From positions 1,093 through 65,092 of the forward strand of contig JALWDZ010000026.1 of NCBI GenBank assembly GCA_027039485.1: a stretch of DNA of 64,000 bases, in the 5' to 3' direction. The position numbers and the translations under genes are program-made. The DNA is from Candidatus Shapirobacteria bacterium (GTDB lineage: Bacteria > Patescibacteriota > Microgenomatia > UBA12405 > UBA6130). Positions 1-8,693 of the stretch are shown here, piece after piece. The stretch's first letter is position 1, and every line of letters starts with the position of its first letter. The notes beneath the pieces are model-generated. The model was given only the letters and a program-made list of their open reading frames with translations. It had not been told where the DNA came from and did not search any database.

Positions 1-60
1 CGCCAAGAGACAAGTTGGGAATACTATCCCCGCGGAGGAGAGGTTTTTCTTTTGATTTAA
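1..60 (+). CDS. Possible 3' end of a CDS entering the window (...RQETSWEYYPRGGEVFLLI*)
   Basis: Frame 1 is open to TAA at 58-60, 4 nt from the convergent tgt stop; too short to identify. Confidence 0.3.
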   Translation, partial: RQETSWEYYPRGGEVFLLI

Positions 61-64
61 TCTT

Positions 65-1240
65 TTAAATTACCTCGTATTCCTTTGCTAGGTTGTCCAA
101 AGTGTTAGTTCGAATAGCCTGGCGAATGCGTCTCATAAGAGTAGTGTAAAAGAAAAGATTGTGATAAGTAGCTAAACGGTAAGCTAGCAGCTCGCGATTT
201 TTAAAAAGATGATGCAAATAAGCCCGACTGTAGTTTTGGCAGGTATAGCAAGAGCAGCTGGAATCTAAAGGGCGCTTATCAGCAGCAAATTTCTTTTTGG
301 TAATATCTAAGTACCAAGGGCGTTGTTTTATCATTATTTTGCCCATACGGGCAAATCTGGTGGGAAGAACACAATCAAAGGTGTCCACGCCCAGGCGAAC
401 AAAATCAAAAATATCGTCAATTTCGCCAACTCCCAAAAGATGGCGGGGTTTATTTTCTGGTAATTCCGGCATAATCCAATTAACAGCCTCTCTCATTTTC
501 TCCTTAGGTTCACCTACAGAAACTCCGCCAATGGCAAAACCATCAACCGAAAATTGCCGTAGGAAACGCGCAGATTGTTGTCGTAGACGGCGATAATAGC
601 TTCCTTGGACAATACCAAAGAACAGCGGGGGAGAAGCTGATGAACGAATTTGATCCTGGTAATATGTCCAAGATTTTCGGAACCAGATATTAGTCCGCCG
701 AAGGGAAGCTCGAGCCTCGCTAGGGGTTAATGGGTAGGGCGAACAATCATCAAGAGGCAAAACTATATCACTGCCAAGGTTTAATTGGATAGCTATTGAT
801 TTTTCCGGTGTTAAAAAATGAATACTGCCATCCAGATGAGAGCGAAATTTTGCCCCCTGGTCAGTTATTTGCAAAAGTTTGCCTGCTCCAACAAGATTGT
901 CATGAGGTGAAAAACTCGCCCGCCCAAGACTAAAAACCTGAAAGCCGCCAGAATCAGTGATAATGGGGCCATCCCAATGACTAAATTGGTTAAGCCCACC
1001 GAGGCTAGCAATAATTTCATCGCCCGGCGAAAGCCAAAGATGGTAAGTGTTAGCAAAATAAATTTGTACTCCCAATTTTTTTAGTTCTTCGGGAATTAAA
1101 CTTTTAACCGTTCCTTTAGTGCCCACAGGAATAAATGCCGGAGTTTCTATCGTCCCATGGGAGGTAAAAAGCTGTCCTAGGCGCGCCCCTGAAGGAAGCT
1201 GTTTTTTTAAATGCCAACGATTCCTAGTTTGCGTTCTCAT
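65..1240 (-). CDS. tgt: tRNA-guanine transglycosylase
   Basis: TPAFIPVGT, NTYHL, TDSGGFQVFSL, GIVQG, GGVSVGE, DCVLPTR and the Zn motif CSCYTC...H. Confidence 0.97.
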   Translation of the reverse strand: MRTQTRNRWHLKKQLPSGARLGQLFTSHGTIETPAFIPVGTKGTVKSLIPEELKKLGVQIYFANTYHLWLSPGDEIIASLGGLNQFSHWDGPIITDSGGFQVFSLGRASFSPHDNLVGAGKLLQITDQGAKFRSHLDGSIHFLTPEKSIAIQLNLGSDIVLPLDDCSPYPLTPSEARASLRRTNIWFRKSWTYYQDQIRSSASPPLFFGIVQGSYYRRLRQQSARFLRQFSVDGFAIGGVSVGEPKEKMREAVNWIMPELPENKPRHLLGVGEIDDIFDFVRLGVDTFDCVLPTRFARMGKIMIKQRPWYLDITKKKFAADKRPLDSSCSCYTCQNYSRAYLHHLFKNRELLAYRLATYHNLFFYTTLMRRIRQAIRTNTLDNLAKEYEVI

Positions 1241-1284
1241 GGCCTCTTTAGTTATAATAGTCTTGGTTTTATTATAACGGAAGA

Positions 1285-1357
1285 GGGCGGTTAGCTCAGC
1301 TGGTAGAGCGCTCGCTTGACGTGCGAAAGGTCAGAGGTTCGAGTCCTCTACCGCCCA
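1285..1357 (+). tRNA. tRNA-Val(GAC)
   Basis: Cloverleaf GGGCGGT/ACCGCCC, anticodon loop TTGACGT, T-loop TTCGAGT; no encoded CCA. Confidence 0.93.
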
Positions 1358-1361
1358 CTCG

Positions 1362-1437
1362 GCCAGGGTAGCCAAGGTGGTCACGGCACGGGTCTGAAAA
1401 ACCTGGGATCTCGGTTCGACTCCGAGCCCTGGCACCA
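1362..1437 (+). tRNA. tRNA-Phe(GAA)
   Basis: GCCAGGG/CCCTGGC acceptor stem, loop CTGAAAA, TTCGACT, encoded CCA. Confidence 0.92.
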
Positions 1438-1439
1438 AA

Positions 1440-1510
1440 GCGGGATTAGTTGAGTGGCTCAACACCACCCTTCCAAGGTGGAAACACGGGTTCGAATCCC
1501 GTATCCCGCT
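1440..1510 (+). tRNA. tRNA-Gly(TCC)
   Basis: GCGGGAT/ATCCCGC, CCACC-CTTCCAA-GGTGG anticodon arm, TTCGAAT. Confidence 0.92.
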
Positions 1511-1516
1511 CTTGAC

Positions 1517-1592
1517 GCGACGGTAGTTCAGCTGGTAGAACGTCTCGTTGCCAACGAGAAGGTCGGGGGTTCGAGTCCCCTCCGTCGCTCCA
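1517..1592 (+). tRNA. tRNA-Gly(GCC)
   Basis: GCGACGG/CCGTCGC, TCTCG-TTGCCAA-CGAGA, ends TCCA. Confidence 0.94.
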
Positions 1593-1593
1593 A

Positions 1594-1664
1594 TCGGGGA
1601 TCGTCTAATGGTAGGACAGTGGCCTTTGGAGCCACGAATCGTGGTTCGAATCCACGTCCCCGAA
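1594..1664 (+). tRNA. tRNA-Gln(TTG)
   Basis: TCGGGGA/TCCCCGA (U1-A72), GTGGC-CTTTGGA-GCCAC, TTCGAAT. Confidence 0.92.
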
Positions 1665-1672
1665 CCCGATTG

Positions 1673-1745
1673 GCACCCGTAGCTCAATTGGCAGAGCACC
1701 CGCCTCTTAAGCGGATGGTTGGGGGTTCGATTCCCTCCGGGTGCA
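1673..1745 (+). tRNA. tRNA-Lys(CTT)
   Basis: GCACCCG/CGGGTGC, loop CTCTTAA, TTCGATT. Confidence 0.92.
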
Positions 1746-1753
1746 CCCAAAAT

Positions 1754-2068
1754 CTAAAAGACAGTCGGGTGAGGGGTAACAAAAATTTCCCATTTAATCG
1801 CCGGGAAAGCAAAATTTTTTTGTTCTTCTAATAAATCTTCAGCTTTTTGCCGATAAGAAGGCGTGGGGGTGGATAACAAGATTGAAGATGGCGTGGCAAT
1901 CTTTTGGTAGTTTTTGCCTGTTTGCTGGGTTTTTTTGCCATAATCGATCAAAATTAATAATATAAGCAAGAAAACAAGTACTGCAAAACTTCCCAAAAGA
2001 ACCCTAGCAAATTTTTTTGTGCTAGTTTTTTTGTTCGTTTCTTGATTTTCTTCCCAATCTTGCCACAT
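1754..2068 (-). CDS. Hypothetical single-pass membrane protein with a Ser/Thr/Pro linker
   Basis: One TM helix (VLLGSFAVLVFLLILLILI) and STPTP; coupled to the upstream ORF. Confidence 0.7.
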   Translation of the reverse strand: MWQDWEENQETNKKTSTKKFARVLLGSFAVLVFLLILLILIDYGKKTQQTGKNYQKIATPSSILLSTPTPSYRQKAEDLLEEQKNFAFPAIKWEIFVTPHPTVF

Positions 2069-2070
2069 TT

Positions 2071-2847
2071 TTATAATTGCGTTAAATTAATAATCTCTTT
2101 TTCTAAGTCTTGATACCTTTCAATGTAGACATTATAGTCGTTAACCATTTTCTTAAGCATTCTTTCTTGATCGGTAAAATAATCAGAAAAGTTTTCTGCC
2201 TCACTTAACTGTTGGAGCAATTGTAAAACTAATTGCGTTTTCTTTTCCCGTTCGCCGTCCAGACGCTGCAATGCTAAACTATAAGCGCTTTTCTTTTTTG
2301 CTGGCAAAAGGGCAATTTCCTTTTTAAGAGTAAGAGACCATAGATTGAATAGTTTGTCGAGATTGCTTATAAAAACATAATCGCCGATTAAAACAGCACT
2401 CTTTTGCAAATTATTTTTTTGCTTGACCGTTTCTTGGCTAATCGTATTTAGCTGGTCAAAAGTGGTTGCCTGATGGAGTTGGCGTGCTTGCCGAATCAAA
2501 AAATCTTTACGGAGCGCTATTTGTTTCTTTAATTTCATTTCTAGAGCTACGTTCTTAGCATTATTAGCTGCCTCTAAATTTACTTTTAAATAATCAAAAT
2601 AAGCTAACAAGACTTCGTTGCGAGCCAGAAGCACTGTTTGCTCTGCCTTAATGGCTTGGGCTTGATTAGCCAAAGTGGGCAGTTGGTAGTAAAGCCCAGC
2701 CGCCTTTAAGAAATGCTCATACTCTCTTTGGTAGGCGTCGAGGCGGAGGAGATAGGCATTTCTGGCTGGAGAAGCAAAAGCGGCCAAACTAGAGCTGAAG
2801 AATAAAAGCAGAAGACCGACAGTGAAAAACTTTTTCATCTTCTTCAT
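2071..2847 (-). CDS. Hypothetical exported helical/coiled-coil protein
   Basis: Start moved to ATG 2847 (MKKMKKFFTVGLLLL..., signal peptide) because the longer ORF overlaps tRNA-Leu. Confidence 0.75.
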   Translation of the reverse strand: MKKMKKFFTVGLLLLFFSSSLAAFASPARNAYLLRLDAYQREYEHFLKAAGLYYQLPTLANQAQAIKAEQTVLLARNEVLLAYFDYLKVNLEAANNAKNVALEMKLKKQIALRKDFLIRQARQLHQATTFDQLNTISQETVKQKNNLQKSAVLIGDYVFISNLDKLFNLWSLTLKKEIALLPAKKKSAYSLALQRLDGEREKKTQLVLQLLQQLSEAENFSDYFTDQERMLKKMVNDYNVYIERYQDLEKEIINLTQL

Positions 2848-2873
2848 GATAACATTTTCGGAATAAGGGGAAT

Positions 2874-2959
2874 TGGTGCCGAGGGGGGGATTTGAACCCC
2901 CACGCCTTTTGGGCACAGCCTCCTCAAGACTGCGTGTCTACCAATTCCACCACCTCGGC
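2874..2959 (-). tRNA. tRNA-Leu(GAG)
   Basis: Reverse strand GCCGAGG...TTGAGGA...long variable arm...TTCAAAT...CCTCGGCACCA. Confidence 0.93.
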
Positions 2960-2987
2960 TTTCCTTTTATTCTAACATTTTATTTAG

Positions 2988-3070
2988 TGCCAGAGGGGGG
3001 AGTCGAACCCCCACGGCCAATGGCCACACGGTCCTAAGCCGTGCCTGTCTGCCAATTCCAGCACTCTGGC
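2988..3070 (-). tRNA. tRNA-Leu(TAG)
   Basis: Reverse strand GCCAGAG...CTTAGGA...variable arm TGGCCATTGGCCG...TTCGACT...CTCTGGCA. Confidence 0.93.
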
Positions 3071-3112
3071 GCTTAATTAATTGTAGCATTTGGGAGAAGC
3101 CTTCCTTATGCT

Positions 3113-3637
3113 TTATTCTGTGGTTAACAAATTCATAAAACGCCGCACGGCATTACCCCAATAAGGACAAGGCGGGGCATAAATTCGGCCAATAGCTTCT
3201 GGTGTTGTTAGGCCGCGAGCATAATAAACGTCAGCCAAATATTTGCTCATAAAAAGAATTGACTTGTGCCAATTTGGAAATGCATAGTACCCGCCCAAAT
3301 AACCATAGGCATTATAGGTGTGGGGAATCATTAGATGACCAAAATTTGACTCTAAACCACTAATAGCCGGCAATAAGCGCCAATCAAGATGATAATAATC
3401 AGCAGCAGCCACGAGGTCGCCGGCAAACGGAGCCAAGGGAGACTGTCGGCTTTTTAGAAAACGATAGAGGAGCAAACTTCTTGGGTTTTCTTTTAAAAGG
3501 GTCGTTGTCTTCTTGAATCGTAATTGAGCCGATGCTTCTTGTTGGCTGACCATAAGAGGCTCTGCCCTAACCGGAGTTAGAGCAGCAAGAAATAGACCGA
3601 TGCCCAAAAGAGTGAAAAAGAAAAATTTTTTGGCCAT
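3113..3637 (-). CDS. Exported lysozyme-like (glucosaminidase/SLT-like) protein
   Basis: Signal peptide; SPLAP...LDWRLLPAISGLESNFG...YNAYGY, with a catalytic-Glu-like ES motif. Confidence 0.7.
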   Translation of the reverse strand: MAKKFFFFTLLGIGLFLAALTPVRAEPLMVSQQEASAQLRFKKTTTLLKENPRSLLLYRFLKSRQSPLAPFAGDLVAAADYYHLDWRLLPAISGLESNFGHLMIPHTYNAYGYLGGYYAFPNWHKSILFMSKYLADVYYARGLTTPEAIGRIYAPPCPYWGNAVRRFMNLLTTE

Positions 3638-3682
3638 AAAAAAATCCCAGAGTCCACCCTTTAATCAGGTCAACCCCAGGAT
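3638..3682 (-). terminator. Terminator-like hairpin plus U7 directly before the ATG at 3637
   Basis: Minus strand ATCCTGGGGTT...GACTCTGGGAT then TTTTTTT (stem uses G-U pairs). Confidence 0.45.
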
Positions 3683-3690
3683 CTGATTGT

Positions 3691-3719
3691 ATTATAGTAC
3701 CATCTTATAATTTTGTCAA
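3691..3719 (-). promoter_or_regulatory. Perfect-consensus sigma70 promoter
   Basis: Minus strand TTGACA-17 nt-TATAAT. Confidence 0.8.
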
Positions 3720-3726
3720 GAGGGAT

Positions 3727-4509
3727 TTACGACAAAGGTTTTTGAAAAAGAAAAAAGATACTAGGACCAAAATACATATGTCCTAATAAGGGCTGAGTGC
3801 TATTTTCTAGAGCGAAGAGTAATTGAGAAGGCAAATGATGCTTAAGCCATGGATGGCGCAAATTAGAAACGGAAAGGGTGGCTTGCAAATTCCACCCCGC
3901 TGCTCGCGCCTCTTTCTTTACCTTCCCTGGCGAATGGTTCCAAAAGGCAATCACTTTGTTGTTTTGCCGCGATGGCGATCGGCGGTCTACAGATGCATTA
4001 TTAAAATAGGTTAAATGCCCCCGGAATAGCTGGCGCACAACTTGACGAAAGTTAAATTTATTGGGCGCTTCCAAAATAAGAAAACCACCGGGTGTAGTTG
4101 CCTGCCAGAGAAGATGGAAAACATGAGCAAGATTTTCTAAATGATGCAAAACACGAATTAATAAAACAATATCGAAAGAGGGAGCAAATTGCGATAAGGT
4201 TTCTATGTCACCTTGTTGATAGCGAAAATTTTTAAAACCTGCTAAATAAACTTGGCCTTGCTTAATAAGTTTATCAGCCGGTTCTAGGAGTAAAGCTTCT
4301 TTTATACGCGGCAAATAAAACTTAGCCAGACGACCAAAGCCGGCCCCAACATCTAAAAGAGTTTTTTCTTTGAGAGGGCCAGAAGAATTCTGAATTTGGT
4401 TGAAAAAGCGTTCTAAGGCTCGCTGCTCGGCCCAGTTTTCATATTGGCGACTCTGCCAATAGTCTTGATAGTCAAAATCCGGATCGTTATAAAACGGGGT
4501 CAGCGCCAT
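3727..4509 (-). CDS. Class I SAM-dependent methyltransferase
   Basis: LLDVGAGFGR motif I, FDIVLLIRVLHH, PGGFLILE. Confidence 0.88.
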   Translation of the reverse strand: MALTPFYNDPDFDYQDYWQSRQYENWAEQRALERFFNQIQNSSGPLKEKTLLDVGAGFGRLAKFYLPRIKEALLLEPADKLIKQGQVYLAGFKNFRYQQGDIETLSQFAPSFDIVLLIRVLHHLENLAHVFHLLWQATTPGGFLILEAPNKFNFRQVVRQLFRGHLTYFNNASVDRRSPSRQNNKVIAFWNHSPGKVKKEARAAGWNLQATLSVSNLRHPWLKHHLPSQLLFALENSTQPLLGHMYFGPSIFFLFQKPLS

Positions 4510-5105
4510 TGGCCAGTGGTTAGCTCTTCCATAAACTGTCGCACTCCAAACGCCCAGGACCCCTTAGATGGGGGAGTATAACGGGCCATAATTTCTTCCG
4601 GGGAGGTCAAGCCTTTGTCTAAATAATCTCTTTTTAATCCTCGGGCGACAGTCTGAATCGCCTCTGGGTAAGAATGAAAACGGGTTACCTTGTGCCCATA
4701 AATCCCCCAGCCCCAGCAATTATATGAATTTGGCGGAGCTTTTTTGCATAAATTAGACTCTTGCTGAGCAATGGCGACTAAAAGTCGATAGTCGAGGCCA
4801 AGCTTTTGCGAAACGTCAAAAATATAGCGAGCATAAGGCGCCAGGGGAGAATGGTAGTATTCTAAATATTTTTGCAGCAAAATAGGACGAGCATCTCCGG
4901 CCACAATGTAATGATCAGTCTGGGGAGGTTTTTCTGATTCTTGCCAAGAAGCTAGGGCTGGCAAGTTGCCAAAAGTAAAAAAAACCGCTTGAGCATTGTT
5001 TTGCCGAGACCGGGCGGTAAACAAAGTTAAAAAGAAGATTTCTCCGCCTAACAAAAAAGCCAGCAACGGGAAAAAAACTCCCACCGCCCAAATCTTTTTT
5101 CTCAT
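4500..5105 (-). CDS. Membrane-anchored lysozyme-like protein, paralog of 3113..3637
   Basis: N-terminal TM; SPLAP...LDYRLLVAIAQQESNL...NCWGWG. Start put at ATG 5105 because the track's TTG start is part of TTGACA-17-CAAGAT. Confidence 0.7.
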   Translation of the reverse strand: MRKKIWAVGVFFPLLAFLLGGEIFFLTLFTARSRQNNAQAVFFTFGNLPALASWQESEKPPQTDHYIVAGDARPILLQKYLEYYHSPLAPYARYIFDVSQKLGLDYRLLVAIAQQESNLCKKAPPNSYNCWGWGIYGHKVTRFHSYPEAIQTVARGLKRDYLDKGLTSPEEIMARYTPPSKGSWAFGVRQFMEELTTGQWR

Positions 5106-5166
5106 TTTCTCCATCTTGGCATATTTCTCTTTTTCTGTCAATCTGTTGTGATAGACTTAAGGAGAA

Positions 5167-6240
5167 ATGAGGTTTGTGCGTAGCGTTTTACTACTAGTGG
5201 GGACCACCTTAGGGGCTGGCATTTTTGCTTTGCCTTACTTTTTTGCCCAATCCGGTTGGTTACCTAGTTTGCTTGGCATCATTCTTTTAACTAGCCTCAC
5301 TGTCGCCATAAATATTTATTACGCCCAAGTGGTTTTGGCCACTTCAGATGGTCACCAACTCGGCTATTATGCCCAAAAATACTTAGGAAATAAGGCTCGC
5401 CTTTTGGCTCTGCTAGCCCTGGGAGGAACTTTAAGCGGAGCAATTCTTATCTACACCATCCTTGGGGGTTCATTTTTAACCATTATTTTTCCTTCGTTGT
5501 CTCCTTTTATGGGCCGCTTGCTGTTTCTAACTTTGGCTCTTTTTGCCTTTCAGGGCCATCTCCGTCGCCTGAGTATCATCGAGGCTATCTTGACCGCTTT
5601 TCTGATTATTTTGGCCCTTTCCTTTCCCATCTTGGGTTTCCGCCACTTTCAGCCAAAAAACCTCAGTCTCTTAGGCTCCCACCCCTTAGCATTTTATGGC
5701 CCTCTCCTTTTTGCCCTATCAGGGCTAACAATTATCCCCGAAATGAAGGAAATTCTTCAGAGTCGGCAACAAATTTTAATTAAAGCAATTACCAGCGGTA
5801 CTATTATTGTGGCTTTGATAAACCTTATTTTTAGTTTTTCTGTTTGGGCCCTTGTTAAGCCCACAAACGACATTCTGATTGCTCTCCAAGCAACATTCCC
5901 CACCTTGGGGATTTTAGCGGCCATTATGGGAGTGCTTTCTTGTTTTACCTCCTTTTTAGGTTTGAGCGAAGTGCTAAATAGTATTTTTCAAGAAATCGGG
6001 CTTTCGCTTAACCAGGCCCATGCCTTAAACATCCTAATTCCCTTAGCAGGGCTTTTTCTCCCTTTGGCGTTTTTGGGCGATATTTTGGACTTTAGCGGAG
6101 CCTTGGGGCTAGGAATTATCAACATCCTGGTGATTTTAATTTACTGGCGTCTTAAAAAGGGCCGGTTATCCTTCTGGCTTTTACTGACTTTACTTTTCTT
6201 TATTTTAGGTTTGGCCGAACCTTTTCGGCACCTTTTCTAA
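5167..6240 (+). CDS. Amino acid permease (Trp/Tyr permease, HAAAP-like)
   Basis: GTTLGAGIFALP motif, about 10-11 TM segments, AAGGAG Shine-Dalgarno. Confidence 0.85.
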   Translation: MRFVRSVLLLVGTTLGAGIFALPYFFAQSGWLPSLLGIILLTSLTVAINIYYAQVVLATSDGHQLGYYAQKYLGNKARLLALLALGGTLSGAILIYTILGGSFLTIIFPSLSPFMGRLLFLTLALFAFQGHLRRLSIIEAILTAFLIILALSFPILGFRHFQPKNLSLLGSHPLAFYGPLLFALSGLTIIPEMKEILQSRQQILIKAITSGTIIVALINLIFSFSVWALVKPTNDILIALQATFPTLGILAAIMGVLSCFTSFLGLSEVLNSIFQEIGLSLNQAHALNILIPLAGLFLPLAFLGDILDFSGALGLGIINILVILIYWRLKKGRLSFWLLLTLLFFILGLAEPFRHLF

Positions 6241-7480
6241 GCTGATGCTGGAAAAATTTCAATAAAGCATCTAGAGAATATTCCTTTTGTTCCCTTGCCT
6301 GAAGATCCTTTAAAAGGACAGTTTTTTTCTTTGCTTCTTCTGGGCCAAGAATTAGTAAATAGCGAATATTTCGGGCAACAGCATAATTAATTTGTGCCTT
6401 TAGTTTTCTTTGGCCACCTAAATAAATTTCTCCCGAAGTACCTTCTTGTCGCAATCTTTGGATCAAGCGCCATGTTTCCGAGATCGTTTCCGGGAAAAAA
6501 GCAGCTAAAACTAAAGGTTGGAGGGCAACATTTGGCCAAATATTCTTCTCTTGAATAAGCACTAAAAGCCGATCTAGGCCCAAGCTACCGCCCACTGCCG
6601 GAGTAGGACGCCCTCCCAATTGGCCAATTAGCTTATCGTAACGGCCTCCTCCGGCCACCGAACCCAAGCGAGTCTCGGGAATAACAATTTCGAAAATCAT
6701 TCCCGTGTAGTAATCGAGCCCCCGCACTAAATAAGGATCAAATTGTACCTTTATTTCGCTAGCCGCACCCTCTTCGACCAGGCGAATAATTTCCTTTAAA
6801 TTGTCATCGGGTTGTAAATCAACAAAAATTTTTTCTAGCTGTTGTTGCTTTTCTTTTCCTATTCCTATTTGAGCCAATTCTCGTTGTAGAGCAGCTGGGC
6901 TAATTTTTTCTTTTTTATCAATAATCCTTAAAAGAGCAAGCTGTTGCTCCGGCGTAACGATACCCGCATTTCCTAATGCCTGGGTTAAAATTGATCGCCC
7001 ATTAATTTTTAAAACCAGCCGGTCAAACCCTAACGCTTCCAAAGCCGCTACCAAAGCAAGCAAAATTTCTGCGTCAGCTAGTGGCGAAACGCTACCAAAG
7101 GTATCAATATCGCATTGGGTAAATTCACGATAACGACCGCGCTGGGGTTTTTCAGCTCGGAAAACATTTTGGATTTGATAGCGCTTGAAGGGCATTTTTA
7201 ACTGGGGATTGCCAGCCAAAAAACGGCTCACCGGCACTGTCAGGTCATAGGGGAGACCTACCCGCCGCCCGCCACGGTCCTGAAAAATATAAAAAAGCTT
7301 TTCTGCTTCGGTTCCATACTTGCCCAGAAGAACATCAGCATATTCCAGGCCTGGTGTTTCCAAAGGCAAAAAACCAAAAAGGGAGAAAACCCGCCGGATT
7401 CGGGTTATCATTTCCCATTTGATAGCCGCTTCTCGCGGCCCTAAATCGCGAAAACCCTTTAGAGTCTTAGTTTGTTTCAT
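6200..7480 (-). CDS. hisS: Histidine--tRNA ligase
   Basis: KGFRD, LPYDLTVP, FRAEKPQRGRYREFTQCDID, RGLDYYTG, GGGRYD. Confidence 0.97.
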   Translation of the reverse strand: MKQTKTLKGFRDLGPREAAIKWEMITRIRRVFSLFGFLPLETPGLEYADVLLGKYGTEAEKLFYIFQDRGGRRVGLPYDLTVPVSRFLAGNPQLKMPFKRYQIQNVFRAEKPQRGRYREFTQCDIDTFGSVSPLADAEILLALVAALEALGFDRLVLKINGRSILTQALGNAGIVTPEQQLALLRIIDKKEKISPAALQRELAQIGIGKEKQQQLEKIFVDLQPDDNLKEIIRLVEEGAASEIKVQFDPYLVRGLDYYTGMIFEIVIPETRLGSVAGGGRYDKLIGQLGGRPTPAVGGSLGLDRLLVLIQEKNIWPNVALQPLVLAAFFPETISETWRLIQRLRQEGTSGEIYLGGQRKLKAQINYAVARNIRYLLILGPEEAKKKTVLLKDLQAREQKEYSLDALLKFFQHQLRKGAEKVRPNLK

Positions 7481-7499
7481 TTGTTCAAGTATATAACAT

Positions 7500-8630
7500 T
7501 TATTTTGCGCTCTTTTCTTTCAGCTTTTCTTTTACAAATTTTATTATCTTTTTTTGAAAGAGTTCTCTCCTAAAATTACGGGCCCAGGCGTAGCAATCTT
7601 CACTGGACCATTTTTTGTTTTCAAAATCTTTCACTGCTCGAATCAATGCTTGCCGGGTTAATCTTGTAAAGAACAAGCCGGTTTTGCCAGGAACTATAGT
7701 TTCCTTTACTCCTCCAGAATAATAGCCAATCGTGGGTGTGCCGTAAGCTGCCGCTTCCAGGGGCACCAAGCCTAAATCCTCGCTCTCCGCTGGGAAAATG
7801 ACTGCTTTTGCTTTTTGGTACAGGGTGGTTAAAGTTTTATCGGAAACATAACCCCGATACTCCAGAAAAGGCGCATCAGCAACCTCGTTAACTACCTGGC
7901 GGCGCAAGGGCCCATTGCCAACAATAATTAAACGCTTTCTTATTTCCTTAAATGCCCGGATGGCTAAAAGCGGGTGCTTATAAGAAACCAAACGGCTCAC
8001 ATATAGGTAAAAATCGTCTTTGGGAGTGCTCTTTGGCTTGTCGGGAAGCACAATAGGGGGATAAATGACTTTAGCTGGCCGGCGCCAAAATTTTTCTATT
8101 CTCTTGGCCACTTCTCGGGAATTCGCGATAAAGTAATCCACTCTCTGGCTCGAAATATAATCATAACTACGCAATTTATGGTTTACAAGCGAAGCATAAA
8201 TTTTTACCAGCCTGTTTTTTTGCCACTGCCTTGCTTGCGGGTATCCATAGAGAAACCGTGGGGGAGTATGGCAATAGCAAATATGTAGTGTTTTAGGCAG
8301 AGTTAAGACCCCCTTGCTCATTGCCCAAGCAGATGAAGAAAAAACTATCCGGTAATTTTTTAAATCAAAGCTTTCCCAAATATAAGGGAGAAGAAATCTT
8401 AAAGGTGAAATGAGTTTTTTGTTGGCGGGTAGTTTTTGGAACCAAGATGGTCGAATATCCCAACCAGTAAAAATATCCTTATGTTTAGTCAAAAATTTAG
8501 AGTCTGCTAAAGAGACAAAAACTGGGGCCTGGGGCCAAATTTGGTGCAGGGCTTGCAATACTCTTTCTGCCCCACCAAAAGTCATAAGATAATCATGCAC
8601 CAAAGCAATGTTAAATTTTGTTTTGTTCAC
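7500..8630 (-). CDS. Glycosyltransferase family 4
   Basis: HDYL..GGAERVL, YCHTPPRFLY, EDLGLVPLEA. Confidence 0.9.
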   Translation of the reverse strand: MNKTKFNIALVHDYLMTFGGAERVLQALHQIWPQAPVFVSLADSKFLTKHKDIFTGWDIRPSWFQKLPANKKLISPLRFLLPYIWESFDLKNYRIVFSSSAWAMSKGVLTLPKTLHICYCHTPPRFLYGYPQARQWQKNRLVKIYASLVNHKLRSYDYISSQRVDYFIANSREVAKRIEKFWRRPAKVIYPPIVLPDKPKSTPKDDFYLYVSRLVSYKHPLLAIRAFKEIRKRLIIVGNGPLRRQVVNEVADAPFLEYRGYVSDKTLTTLYQKAKAVIFPAESEDLGLVPLEAAAYGTPTIGYYSGGVKETIVPGKTGLFFTRLTRQALIRAVKDFENKKWSSEDCYAWARNFRRELFQKKIIKFVKEKLKEKSAK

Positions 8631-8656
8631 AATAAATTAGATTATAAAATTACTGT

Positions 8657-8685
8657 TGACTTATTTTTGCTCTCAATGTAGACTA
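8657..8685 (+). promoter_or_regulatory. sigma70 promoter of tig
   Basis: TTGACT-17 nt-TAGACT, 9 nt upstream of the GTG start. Confidence 0.55.
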
Positions 8686-8693
8686 TCATTACT

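Noticed and set aside
1331-1831. ORFs 1331..1750 (-) and 1454..1831 (+)
   Set aside because: They are shadows of the six-tRNA cluster
1285-3070. tRNA cluster as a prophage or island integration site
   Set aside because: No integrase and no duplicated tRNA 3' end were found; missing encoded CCA ends are ordinary
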